A stretch of 64,000 bases of DNA from the human T2T-CHM13v2.0 reference genome, Homo sapiens. This document shows, in pieces, positions 41,800 through 63,009 of this stretch. The notes under the pieces were generated by a model. It was not told the origin of the DNA. It saw only the letters and a list, made by a program, of their open reading frames with translations, and searched no databases. The position numbers and the translations under genes are program-made. Within the stretch, counting starts at the first letter, position 1, and each line of letters begins with the position of its first letter. Location of the stretch: assembly GCF_009914755.1 (NCBI RefSeq), contig NC_060926.1, one strand, 5' to 3'.

Positions 41800-42390
41800 C
41801 CTAACTTCCAGTGTAGAGTACAGGGGTCAGGAAAACAAGTTCATTGACACTGTGAATAAACAATTAGGCAAATGTAGAATGTGGGACATTCTACAAGAAA
41901 ACTGGCCTGTACTTCAAAGTCAATGTCGTGGGGAAAAGAAGTGGAGGAGCTTTACTAAGAGTCTAAAGCAACATAATAAACGCAATGCATGTGATTAATT
42001 AGATACTGCACAAAAAAATAAATCCAAAAAACTATGAGACATTTTTGAAACAATTGGAAAAACAGGAATATGGACTGGATATTAGGTGATATTAGAGAAT
42101 TATTGTTAGTTTTCCTAGGGATAAATGTGGTATTGTGGTGATATTAACAGAGTGTCCTAATTTTTAGGAGCTGAAACGTTTAGGGGTGATGGGTTATGAT
42201 ATCTATCACTCACTTTCAAATGATCCATAAAAAAGCATAAGCCTCATACACCCACAGAGGGGGTGTCTGCCACATTTGCCATGAAGCAAATATGGCAAAA
42301 TGGAAACAGCTGTTGAATCCTAGCTGGTGGGTGAACACTAGGAATCCTTCCATTATTCTGTATGTTGAAAACATTCATAGTAAAAAGCTA
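41800..42390 (+). mobile_element. L1ME/MC-type 3' end fragment
   Basis: gacatttttgaaacaattggaaa...gaatatggactggatatta motif. Confidence 0.6.
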
Positions 42391-42497
42391 GGCTAAAAAC
42401 GTTCTGCTGTGCAGTTGTGCTGTGCGACCTTGGGCAGTTTCCTTGCCTCCCAGGCCTTCATTTCATCACCTATGAAAAGGGTTAAAAATACCAACCC

Positions 42498-42790
42498 CGG
42501 TGGGGCGGTGGCTCACGCCTGTAATCTGAGCATTTTGGGAGGCCAAGGCGGGTGGATGGCTTGAGCCCAGGGGTTCAAGACCAGCCCGGGTAACATACCG
42601 AGAACCCATCTCTACAAAAAATTAAAAAATTAGCCTGGCGTAGTGGTGCCTGCCTTGAGTCCCAGCTACTCGGGAGGCTGAGGTGGGAGGATCGCTTGAG
42701 CTCGGATAGTTGAGGCTGCAGTGAGCTATCATGGAGCCACCAGACTGGGCAACAGAGCAAGACCCTGTCTCAAAACAAAAAACAAAAAAC
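42498..42790 (+). mobile_element. AluJ
   Basis: Alu consensus match. Confidence 0.83.
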
Positions 42791-42859
42791 TCAAACAGCC
42801 TCACATGATCCAGGCGCCCAGAGGCTGTGGGTGCTGCAGCCTTAATTATTATTATGACC

Positions 42860-43660
42860 ACCTTCGGCACGGCGTCTGGTACACAGTGAGTGCTGAGCTC
42901 CCCGAGCCGCGGTTTCTCCACCCTAATGGTGAACAGCCTTTTGGAAGTCGCGCTAACCTTGGCCTGAGACCTGCAAACTTGCCCAGGCTGGGGCGTGTGA
43001 ACCGGCGAGCGCGCAGCGGAAACGGGGCGGGGCACCTGAGGCTGGGAATGCAGAGGAGCCTTCCGGGGGGCGGGGCGGGGCCTCCCGTGCAGACCAATGG
43101 TGGAGTAGATGCAGATGTCAAAACGCGCGCTCAAGTGGCTTCCGCCAGGAATCCCGACGCTTAGGGAGGCGGAGGGAGGATCGCTTGAGACCAGCCTGGG
43201 CAAACAAGCGAGACCCTCGTCTGTTTACTTAAATAAAACCAAAAAAACGAGCACCGAGGGAAAAAGGAGTGAATCCCGGGGCTAGCAGCAGCCTGCGGCG
43301 GGCGCTCTCCCGGGAGTGGCTGCACCGCCCGACCTCCCCGGAGGCGGAACCGCCCGCATTGCCGCGTGGCCCTGGGCGCCGCCACCTCCTCCGCAGCGGG
43401 GCAAAGTTGCCGGACCTGGGGGCAGGAGGGCCACGCCGAGATGACTCAGGTTTAGCGCGGGAGGGGAGGATGGCGACTTCACCCGGCCTTTAACAACACG
43501 TACGCATCTTTCGGCGTCTTCTACAATGGCTATGTTAATTACGTGGCCAGGAACTAAACTATCAATGAAGCCACCTCTGACTACTTCAGTTACAGTGAGT
43601 TTAACAGGAGCAAAAAAGCACGTGGCGCCCTAGGGCAACCGAAACGAGGGTTTTAGACGC
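42860..43660. promoter_or_regulatory. Second, upstream CpG-rich promoter/enhancer-like block ~2 kb before RRM2
   Basis: CpG-rich; GGGGCGGGG boxes at ~43024 and 43066-43080; CCAAT ~43094; AP-1 TGACTCA 43442; E-box CACGTG 43619. Confidence 0.6.
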
Positions 43661-45325
43661 TGATTATGGGAAATTGAAATCTGAGTTGAGTATGAGATGA
43701 CACCAATAAATTATAATTTTGTTAGATAATAGCTTTATCAGCCATAAAGTAATCAATAAAAATACCAGTTTCCTGGAGATGGATGCTTTAGTGTGTTTGG
43801 GGTGAAAATGGCGATGAATGGCGAGTTGCTTTAAACAAATCATGGTACACCAAAGTTTTAGTTGTGGCTTTGTGTAAGGAATGTGATGGGCACTTATTCC
43901 TGCAACACGAGAATACTATGATTTACAAGTCCGTAGTACTTTTAAGAAATGAGAGAAACAGACCTAGGTGGGGAGGGTACCTGTCCCACCCCACCCTCTT
44001 TAAAGTATCTTATCTAGAAAAGGCTTTGTGAAAAAAAAAGTCCCGGGTCTCTCTCAATAACAGCCCTGAGCGCAGCTGTTGAAGCTTTCTCAGGTTAATG
44101 ATTTCTTTCTTGGATCTTAAAGTTTCTTTCTCTTCCTTTATTTTTGGCATTTTGCCCGTTGCAGGGCCTGGCAAATCAGAAAGCCACATAGAAAATTAAA
44201 TGAAAGCTATTGCTAAGTTCCAGTCTCTACACCAGTGGAGTTTTCAAACTCCTCTTCAGCATATTTGACGCCCAATGAGTAGTACATTAATTCCTAGTCC
44301 TAAAATCATTCTGTGAACTTTCTCCCAGGAATTTTTGCTCAGTTTGCAATTAAAACAACTTTTTTTCTTCTCTTTTTAATGGCAGAGGCGGGGTCTCACT
44401 ATGTTGCCCAGGATGGTCTCCAGCTCCTGGCCTCAAACAATCCTCCTGCCTTGGCCTCCCAAAGTGCTGGGATTACAGGCGTGAGCCACCGCGCCCAGCC
44501 ACAGTTTGCAATTCTTAAGGCAAGGGTGACAATAGGGGTCAGGGGTCTGACAGGAGACAGGATTTCTGTGGAAAACTGCACCAAGGGCCTTCTCGCCATG
44601 TCCCGTAGTTTGAAGGTTTACAAAGGACTGCACATTTTACATGAGTCATCTCAACGAACGCTCTCCTCACCGCATTAACAGTCCACGCGGTTACGAGTCC
44701 CATTTTACTCACGGGGACACCGAATCTGTAAGAAGCCTGGTCGCTTGTCCCAGCAAAACGAGCCACGGGGCTCAGCGGCCCTAACTTTTAGGCTGTAGGG
44801 TCCTCGCCGACCACCCCGCCAAAATGTCAGGCCTCGGGGCCCTTGCACCCCCACCGCAGGGACACGGATCGAAAGGGTCGCAGCAACGCCTCCCCCGCAC
44901 CCAGGAGCGTTTTCCAGGCCTTTGCACCAACCTCGTTGGCTAAGCCCCCTGCCCGGCGGCGGCCCGGCTGGGAGGAGGTGCTTTCGGGAGGCGGGGCCGC
45001 GGCCCGGGGATCCTCTCGCGCCCGCGGGCTCCAATCGCTGCTCCTCACGCAATCCTAAACGGTTCCCGGGCGAACCGGGGCCCGCGCGCGCCAAGGCCGC
45101 CGAGACCCTCAGGGGCTGCGGCCCTGGTCCCGCGGGACCTGTGGGGGCCTGGGCGGCGGCGCCCCCGACCCAGCCAGCGGACGGGCCGGGGGGGGAACCG
45201 GGAGGTCCCGGGGGGCGTCCACGGGGGTGTCCCCGGGGGTCTCCGGAAGGCGCCGGCGGAGGCTCCCGCGCTGCGCTTGAAAATCGCGCGCGGCCCCGCG
45301 GCCAGCCTGGGTAGGGGCAAGGCGC

Positions 45326-45426
45326 AGCCAATGGGAAGGGTCGGAGGCATGGCACAGCCAATGGGAAGGGCCGGGGCACCAAAGCCAATGGGAAGGGCCG
45401 GGAGCGCGCGGCGCGGGAGATTTAAA
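45326..45426 (+). promoter_or_regulatory. RRM2: Triple NF-Y module (AGCCAATGGGAAGGG x3) + CDE/E2F + TTTAAA atypical TATA/CHR-like box
   Basis: Directly visible 15-bp repeated unit spaced 30 and 27 bp; typical architecture of cell-cycle promoters. Confidence 0.85.
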
Positions 45427-45510
45427 GGCTGCTGGAGTGAGGGGTCGCCCGTGCACCCTGTCCCAGCCGTCCTGTCCTGGCTGCTCGCTCTGCTTCGCTG
45501 CGCCGCCACT
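45331..45510 (+). CDS. RRM2: In-frame 60-aa N-terminal extension of the long RRM2 isoform (449 aa)
   Basis: ATG 45331 lies 180 nt upstream, in frame and without a stop (MGRVGGMAQPMGRAG...LLRCAAT); needs an upstream TSS. Confidence 0.6.
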
Positions 45511-52084
<6,574 letters not shown>

Positions 52085-52219
52085 ATGAACTGAAGATGTG
52101 CCCTTACTTGGCTGATTTTTTTTTTCCATCTCATAAGAAAAATCAGCTGAAGTGTTACCAACTAGCCACACCATGAATTGTCCGTAATGTTCATTAACAG
52201 CATCTTTAAAACTGTGTAG

Positions 52220-52227
52220 CTACCTCA
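52220..52227 (+). promoter_or_regulatory. let-7 8mer seed match in RRM2 3' UTR
   Basis: CTACCTCA. Confidence 0.65.
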
Positions 52228-52460
52228 CAACCAGTCCTGTCTGTTTATAGTGCTGGTAGTATCACCTTTTGCCAGAAGGCCTGGCTGGCTGTGACTTACC
52301 ATAGCAGTGACAATGGCAGTCTTGGCTTTAAAGTGAGGGGTGACCCTTTAGTGAGCTTAGCACAGCGGGATTAAACAGTCCTTTAACCAGCACAGCCAGT
52401 TAAAAGATGCAGCCTCACTGCTTCAACGCAGATTTTAATGTTTACTTAAATATAAACCTG

Positions 52461-52468
52461 GCACTTTA
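52461..52468 (+). promoter_or_regulatory. miR-17/20/93/106 8mer seed match
   Basis: GCACTTTA. Confidence 0.6.
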
Positions 52469-52474
52469 CAAACA

Positions 52475-52480
52475 AATAAA
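52475..52480 (+). terminator. RRM2: Proximal polyadenylation signal
   Basis: AATAAA followed by U/GU-rich sequence. Confidence 0.75.
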
Positions 52481-53328
52481 CATTGTTTGTACTCACAAGG
52501 CGATAATAGCTTGATTTATTTGGTTTCTACACCAAATACATTCTCCTGACCACTAATGGGAGCCAATTCACAATTCACTAAGTGACTAAAGTAAGTTAAA
52601 CTTGTGTAGACTAAGCATGTAATTTTTAAGTTTTATTTTAATGAATTAAAATATTTGTTAACCAGCTTTAAAGTCAGTCCTGTGTATACCTAGATATTAG
52701 TCAGTTGGTGCCAGATAGAAGACAGGTTGTGTTTTTATCCTGTGGCTTGTGTAGTGTCCTGGGATTCTCTGCCCCCTCTGAGTAGAGTGTTGTGGGATAA
52801 AGGAATCTCTCAGGGCAAGGAGCTTCTTAAGTTAAATCACTAGAAATTTAGGGGTGATCTGGGCCTTCATATGTGTGAGAAGCCGTTTCATTTTATTTCT
52901 CACTGTATTTTCCTCAACGTCTGGTTGATGAGAAAAAATTCTTGAAGAGTTTTCATATGTGGGAGCTAAGGTAGTATTGTAAAATTTCAAGTCATCCTTA
53001 AACAAAATGATCCACCTAAGATCTTGCCCCTGTTAAGTGGTGAAATCAACTAGAGGTGGTTCCTACAAGTTGTTCATTCTAGTTTTGTTTGGTGTAAGTA
53101 GGTTGTGTGAGTTAATTCATTTATATTTACTATGTCTGTTAAATCAGAAATTTTTTATTATCTATGTTCTTCTAGATTTTACCTGTAGTTCATACTTCAG
53201 TCACCCAGTGTCTTATTCTGGCATTGTCTAAATCTGAGCATTGTCTAGGGGGATCTTAAACTTTAGTAGGAAACCATGAGCTGTTAATACAGTTTCCATT
53301 CAAATATTAATTTCAGAATGAAACATAA

Positions 53329-53625
<297 letters not shown>

Positions 53626-54091
53626 TAATAGGGCTACTTTGAATTAATCTGCCTTTATGTTTGGGAGAAGAAAGCTGAGACATTGCATGAAAGATGATGA
53701 GAGATAAATGTTGATCTTTTGGCCCCATTTGTTAATTGTATTCAGTATTTGAACGTCGTCCTGTTTATTGTTAGTTTTCTTCATCATTTATTGTATAGAC
53801 AATTTTTAAATCTCTGTAATATGATACATTTTCCTATCTTTTAAGTTATTGTTACCTAAAGTTAATCCAGATTATATGGTCCTTATATGTGTACAACATT
53901 AAAATGAAAGGCTTTGTCTTGCATTGTGAGGTACAGGCGGAAGTTGGAATCAGGTTTTAGGATTCTGTCTCTCATTAGCTGAATAATGTGAGGATTAACT
54001 TCTGCCAGCTCAGACCATTTCCTAATCAGTTGAAAGGGAAACAAGTATTTCAGTCTCAAAATTGAATAATGCACAAGTCTTAAGTGATTAA

Positions 54092-54097
54092 AATAAA
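54092..54097 (+). terminator. RRM2: Distal polyadenylation signal
   Basis: AATAAA followed by GT/T-rich sequence (gttcttatgtcagtttcttg). Confidence 0.8.
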
Positions 54098-54141
54098 ACT
54101 GTTCTTATGTCAGTTTCTTGATTGGTAAAATTTGCATTTTA

Positions 54142-54513
<372 letters not shown>

Positions 54514-56491
54514 CTATTGGCACAAGGTGTATAGGAGACAGGTACACCCGAAAGGTGGTGCCCAAAAATACTAACTGCCATACTGCACGTGGGGTTTGTG
54601 AAGCCGGGGCTGAGTTAACTTCTCAACCGTGGGGGAGCCACTCCTGGGGCTCTTTTCCCGTTTGCAAAACAGGTGGGGCTAGAGGTCTTCCCAGCTGGAG
54701 TTTTGCTCTGCTGTCCCACATCTGACCTGTGTGGACTCCAGCACAGGTTTGGATTGGTCCCTGTGTCTATAAAGGCCCTTTCCTGACTCGGAATCCCACC
54801 CACTTTGATAAAGCCTTTTAGAATTCATGACACCCATCCCCAAACGAACCAATCATTCCTTGTACCTCACGCCACTGCCATTCAGTTCATTGAACAAACA
54901 GCAGCTCTCTTGTCAGGTGACGTTTTCTACCTGCATTTTAATTCAGGAAGATGGGGCGCTAAGCCAGAGGGGAGGCCCCTCCCTCTGGAGCTTGGGTTTA
55001 CTCCTAGAGAGGAAAACTGATAGATGAGTAGATCTGAATTGTTGGGCAGTGGTGGGGGCAGCAGAGAATTCTAAGGTGGATGGGAGTGATTGGGAGAGGT
55101 CTCATGGGGGGAGATGATGTTTCCTTAGTGGAGGGGACTGGGACTAGTGTCTGAGGTTGTGCTGCTTCCGACTCCTGTGTTCTCATGAAGATTTCTTCCC
55201 GTGCTGCTCTGTAAGAGAAAGTTGTCTTTGAGGGCACAGATTTCTATCTGTCTTTATATTTATAAGCATAAGGCCTCCAAGGATCAGGTATTTAAGTGAC
55301 TGGTACATGGGGAAATAAACTAATTGGAACTGAAGTATTTTGGGGTGGATGGTATCTTGGGTAAAAGTGTGATCTGTGTCCCAGAGGAACCTAGTAGAGA
55401 GCTTTGCCTTTACACCTAAAAGTGTTCAGTTAAGGTCATTTGATTTGTAATGTCAGGTTGGCGCTGGGCCTATTGCACAAGTTCGGGGCAGCCAGGCGTC
55501 AAGAAGATGACCAACTACTAGGACAGCCTCCCTGTGGGTGGCCTGCAGTCTGTTCTGCTCCCCCCGGCCCCATGCCAGCTGCCATGCTCTATAGAACATG
55601 TCTCCCATGCTGCCCGAGGAGGGCCTGCAAGAGAGTTGAGTGGTCAGGCTGCTGAGTCAATTGCCCTGGGTACTCATTAGATACATCCTCCCCGGCCTCA
55701 CCCCCAGACCTACTGAATCAGTCTGGGGGTAAACCAGGGACCCTGTAATCTTAATGGGAGATCTCAGACACTTGAGATCGGGTGGGATAGACTCCTGACA
55801 TAAAGTTCAAACCAGTGGACGTCAGTCCTGGGTGTGAATTATAATCACCTGGGGGCTTTTAAAAGCTACTAAAGTCTGGATCTCACTTGGGGAAAAGGCA
55901 GCCCCGCTGAGCTTCAGCATGTTCCAGATGTGTTTTCTGGTGTGTTCTAGACATGCTGTGTAAGAGTTACACTTCATTGTGTGTGCACATTCGGGGCCCT
56001 GCCCAGCTGCAGTGGCCAGGCCTGGCTGCTAAAAGCAGACCTACCAAAACCTCCCTTCACCTGGTACTGCTGTGGCCTCTGACCTGAGGACTTTGTCATG
56101 CAAAGGAGGAACCAGATGGGTGTTCTGTCACCTGGCCAGGGAGCTAACTGGCTGTATTTTGAGGATCAGTGGCCCTGCCAGTGTCGGTCTGGAGATCCTG
56201 ATAATGGTTTAACTCCTCTTAGCAAGACAGGCACAGGCCCAGCCCCTCATCCGTGAGTGGCTGCAGTTGGACTGCGTGGCCTGGCCTCTTCCAGCAGTCC
56301 CTGAGTGTAGAGGGGCTACCCTCCTGGTGTCTGTCTGGACACAGAAGGGAACACATCAGTGGTGTCTCCCTGCCATTCCCTGGAGGGAATATGACATCAG
56401 GATTTTTTTTTTTTTTTTTTTAATGATGAGAATAGCTGAACCCATTGCTGCTTAAGGTTCAGTAGTCATGTTCACCTTAGCCTTGGCTCTA

Positions 56492-56887
<396 letters not shown>

Positions 56888-59187
56888 GTTAAATAGATGA
56901 TCACCTCCTGGGAAAGGAGAATGACCTCTTTTGGGAACAAAGAAAGTGACCATGGAGGCCCCGGAACTTGTAGCAGCTCTCCGAGTGGTTGTTAGTCCCT
57001 TAGAGAAATTAAATGGGCAGGGGCTGACGTGCAATTGGATTTGGAGGGAGAGGTTAATCTAAACCAGGGGAGGAGTTGGGACCAAAACCGTGGCATAAAG
57101 CTAGGGGCCCCAGTGACACGGGAACTAGACAAAAATCCCATTGGCACAGTGGGGAAGATAAGGGTTTTAATCCTTCTGGATTCTTAAAAACCTTCACATA
57201 AATTTGTGGTCTAGGAACTACTCAAAGATAAATTAATCCCCAGTATTGATCCCTAGCCTGGTTGCACAGGATTCCCACAGGTGGGGTTCACACTTCTTAA
57301 TTAGAAACTCAGACAACACAACAGATAAAAGGAAAAAACACGGTATGGTGAAGAAATAGATTTTCGGAATCAGGTAGAATGGGATACAGCATAACTACTA
57401 GAGTTCAGGCTCTTAGAGCTATTTCAACACAGCTTAGTAAGATTAGACATAGCTGAAGAGTGGACTTGTGAGTTGGAAGGGATGTATCTAAGGGAATTAT
57501 TCTAAAGAAGATGAAAGAAAGCATGGAGAGAGTGGACAGGCAGTGTTTGAGGAGGTAAAGACTGGTGACTTTCCAGAATGGACTCATCCTTGAGATCAGG
57601 AAGTCCCCAAGGAATCACACATGAGAAGCAAACATTCATTCCTAGTCTCATTTGAATGAAGCTGCAGAACATGAACAAAAAGAACAATCATTAAACGAAT
57701 GTTTCAACGTAAGCCAAAAGATTATGAAATCATATCTTCAATGCTGAGGGAATCATTGGACAAAATTATTATTCAGAAAGAAGATACATTTTCATGCCAA
57801 GGTTTTACCATTCACATCCCCAAGCCAAAATAATTCCTAGCGAATTGAGCCAAAAGAGGATGGTGATGAGCAGAGAAATTGGTTGGTCCACAGTGAATCA
57901 ATAGAATCAAAAGGAAGCTGGGCATCATGGTGCATGCCTGTGATCCCAGCTACTCACGAGGCTGAGGTGGGAGGATCACTTGAGTCCAGCCTGAGCAACA
58001 GTGAGACCGAACTCAAACAACAAATGGAACTAGAATAATGGACGCTGCAGAGGGATAAAGAATACCAAGGTCTTTATACTATTAGGCCTTGGAGGTATAT
58101 GGTTTAAAGTTTAAGGATGACCACTGGAGGCATAGCACCAGAAGATTTAACTTCAACTTCCAAAGTAGGGGCCCTGGTGGGGGAGGGGAGGGGCATGCGT
58201 GCGGGTGTGGGATGTGTTGCAGAGGAGTTAAAGCTTGACGGGCTTAGAAGGTGGAAAGGGTCGAGATGCAGCAGAGAACAAGTCAATGGAAAGCACAAAA
58301 TAGGATGGTAGAACTAAAAGCACAGTAGATGTAAATAAACTTAAGAGTTAAAACTCTTAAGGCTCAAATTCTAGCTATAAACGATTGCCAAACTAAACAC
58401 TTAAGAGTGTAAACAATTACTATAGGAAAAAGACTTTAAAGCAAAAAGCCCATTAGAGATAGAAGTTATTGGCCTAAAGAATGATTGTTCCTCTGGGAAA
58501 ACACGATGGTGATAACTGCACCAAGCAACATGGTCTCTGCAGTGTTTGGGTGTGACTTCATCCCTGCCTCCCCAGGGACTGATGAGTCCTGGGCTCAGGC
58601 TCAGAGTGATGAAGCGGGTTATTGTCTTGGTGCTGCCATATTCTCTTAGTCATGTGTTTTTTTTTTATTCATTGTCCTCTGGCCCTACACACAGTCCCTA
58701 GGTTTGCTTTTATGCCAATTGCAGAGAATCTCCATGGCTCTACTGGCAATTGCTTGAGAGCTCACATTCCTACCGGATGTGAGAAGATGTTCCATCTTCC
58801 TGTGTCCGGGCAGCACCACCAAAGTGCGGGGCTGGGGCAAGCCTGGATGGGGTAGGGTGTGGTCAAATGACTGCTCACAAGTGAATGGTTTGGATTATGC
58901 AACGTGGCCACACTGGAATCTCAATAAAGGGCAGAGGGGTTGAGGCCCAGATGATACCAGGTGAAAAGACAAGACAGGTTTGCAGCATGTGCTGCGATGG
59001 AGATGCTGGGGCCTCCTAGTCTGGGGCAGGCTGAGCCTTCCTGGGTGTGGGTGGGCCTCCACTGTGCAGGGTGCTGTCCTTCCAAGCTTTGGCAAGATGG
59101 AATCTGTGTTGGGTGTGGGTGTGGCCTTGAAAAGGCACGCTGTCATCTAGAGGCCACTGCTTGACCCCCTGTTGCCCTTTATCAGAG

Positions 59188-59475
59188 GTGCGGGTGGCTA
59201 GTGCCTGCAATGTCAACACTGGGAGGCCAAGGGGGGAATCCCTGGCTTGAGGCCAGGATTTCAAGACCAGCCTAGGCAATATAAGGAGACCCTATCTCTA
59301 TAGAAAAATTTTTAAAAATTAGCCATGTGTGGTGGCATGCATCTGTAGTCCCGGCTACTCAAGAGGCTGAGGCAGAAGGATCACTGGAACCCAGGAGGTT
59401 GAGGCTGCAGTGAGCCATGCTTGCACCACTGCACTCTAGCCTGGGCAACAGAGCAAGACCCACTCTTAAAAACAA
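59188..59475 (+). mobile_element. AluJ
   Basis: Diverged dimer. Confidence 0.78.
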
Positions 59476-59799
59476 ATACCCTGGCCATAGCCCCTGGGAG
59501 TCTAGTCTCCATGCAACCAGGACCCCATGAGCCACACTTTAAGGCTTTTACTTTGGGGGTGAGGGGTGGGTAGAAGGGAGGCCAAAGGTTGGGGCTGTTG
59601 AACCCATGAGGGTAGACCTGTCCAAGAGTGAGGCCCTGACTGAGGAAAGGAGAGCTGATCTACAGAGAGGCTGAAGCCTCATCATATTCATTTTCTGAGT
59701 CCAGTGAATTCTGAAGTCCACATCCCAGATGTTTCACAGAAGTAAATCAATACATTCCTGATAGGATAAGGTTGATTTTCCTGCCACGTGCAGTCAGTT

Positions 59800-59960
59800 C
59801 CACCCCAACAGAATTCACTTGATCTGCACAGCCACCGTGGGGCAGAGATGATTGCCCCCATTTTACAGATATGGCCGGGAGGCTCAGGGAGGCCATGTGC
59901 CTCACAGAGGACTGGTCTGCACAAAGACCAGTGGGTGACCAGAACTTGCACCTGTCTACA
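59800..59960 (-). mobile_element. MIR
   Basis: cccattttacagat...gaggctcagggagg core. Confidence 0.6.
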
Positions 59961-60694
59961 TTCGTCCCCTCACTGCATGTGCCCCTCTTGATGGGAGAGC
60001 AGGCACCTGCCAGCCCCATGCTGGTCCGCCCAAGGAATGGCTCCTAAAACCACCAGCTGGCCAGTGAGTCATATGGAAGGGTTTGGTCATGCCTACACTC
60101 GTCCTGCCCTTCCTCCCTGGTCATTACACTGTGGTAGTGGGGGAGGGTGACCTCTGCTTTGCCCCTTGTCACCTGGGGCAAAGGGTGGGATCCTGTCCAT
60201 ATAGGACCAGGGGCTCTCTTACTGTCTGCACTTCACTAGTGGGGGCCACTTTCAGTTTGCTTCTACCTGGGACGCTCTGGGTACTATGCTAGAAAGGTAG
60301 CTTATGGCCACAAAGTCTAGGGACAGGTACTCACATGCCCAAATGGAGCCTCACGCTTAGGAATGGGGTGAGTGGGAAGCAGTAGCTTCCCTTGGAGGTG
60401 GAAAACGGGGAGATTTCAGTTTCCAGAAAGCCCTGGGGCAGCAGCTGCCTGGGTGAGGTCTTCCCTGAGCCTCTGAGTCTTCCCTCTCCTCTACTTCAGG
60501 GGGGTCTAGCCTCTCCTCCAGAAGGGGTGCCAGGACGAGATGGGAAGGAATTTGCTTTGGAAGGCTGGGAACAGGTCCTGCAGCTGCTCTGGCCTTCCTC
60601 TGGACTGATGTGGGTCCCAATGTTACTGAAGGGCACTTCCAGGTCCTGTTAGTGCAGGGGCCGCTGCAGCAAAGGGCTGACTTTAGGCTCCCTC

Positions 60695-61294
<600 letters not shown>

Positions 61295-61455
61295 TTTCAC
61301 CTCCCTTTTGAAAAACTGACTGCTCTTGGAGCCAGTTCTCACTGCTTATGAAACGGTTGGGGACATCACATCACTGCTCTCAGCCTCAGTTTCCACATCG
61401 TGAACTAGGATTTGTAATCCAGGCCCAACAGGCTTGTGAGAATTCAGATGAGTGA

Positions 61456-61828
<373 letters not shown>

Positions 61829-62660
61829 CTAGTATATCCACAGGTATGGGCAGTCATCTCCACAGTTGAACATCTTGCCCACCCCAAAAAGAAAGCTCGT
61901 GTCCCTTAGTCACTCCCTGTCTCCCGTCTGCCGCCTCAGCCCTGGGTAGCCACTGAGCCACTTTCTCTGGTTTGATCTGGCACTTCTAAAGTAGAAGTTA
62001 TTATTGGCAAAGGCACTGGCTCATATTTCTAAGAGATCATTTAGAATGCCAGGGGCAGCAGAGGATGGGTCTTCCTTGCAGAGAGAAGTTTGATTTACAT
62101 TTCAGAAGGATCTTTCCTGGCATTTTAGGCCACTTGGCATTAAAAAGAGACTTGTGGGGCATTGTCTGGAAGGGGACTTTTGCCACTGTGAGCTGGTGAC
62201 AAGCTGACTAGAAGTGGGGGTGTCAAAGGCTGGAATCACCACATTGCTGGGGGCGGATGAGGGGACAGTTAGTGGATTTGGGGTCTGTTCTTTCTCATCT
62301 CTCTTGGTGACCCTTCCCCTCCATCAGGAAATGAGGTGCTGAGCCATCTCTATGGTCCCAGCCTTCGGTTTTGCTCTGTTTGGGGCGTTTCAGAGAGCTG
62401 GACTGTCCCAGGCCCCTTGGGAATTGGAAGCAAGTCCTAGAACTTTCTGGAACACAGAGAGTGGTCTGTTGGGCCTTCCTTTGCTTCCTCAGTTCCCACC
62501 CTCCTCCTCCACTCCTTTCTAGGACTTTCCTTCCTCCACCCCTGGATCCTCCAATGTTAACGGAGCAGGGGTCAGGAAATAGCCCGTGGGTGGGATCTGG
62601 TTCACCGCCTGGTTTTATACATACCAGGAGCTAGGAATATGTTTTAAAAATCAAAAGAAT

Positions 62661-63009
<349 letters not shown>

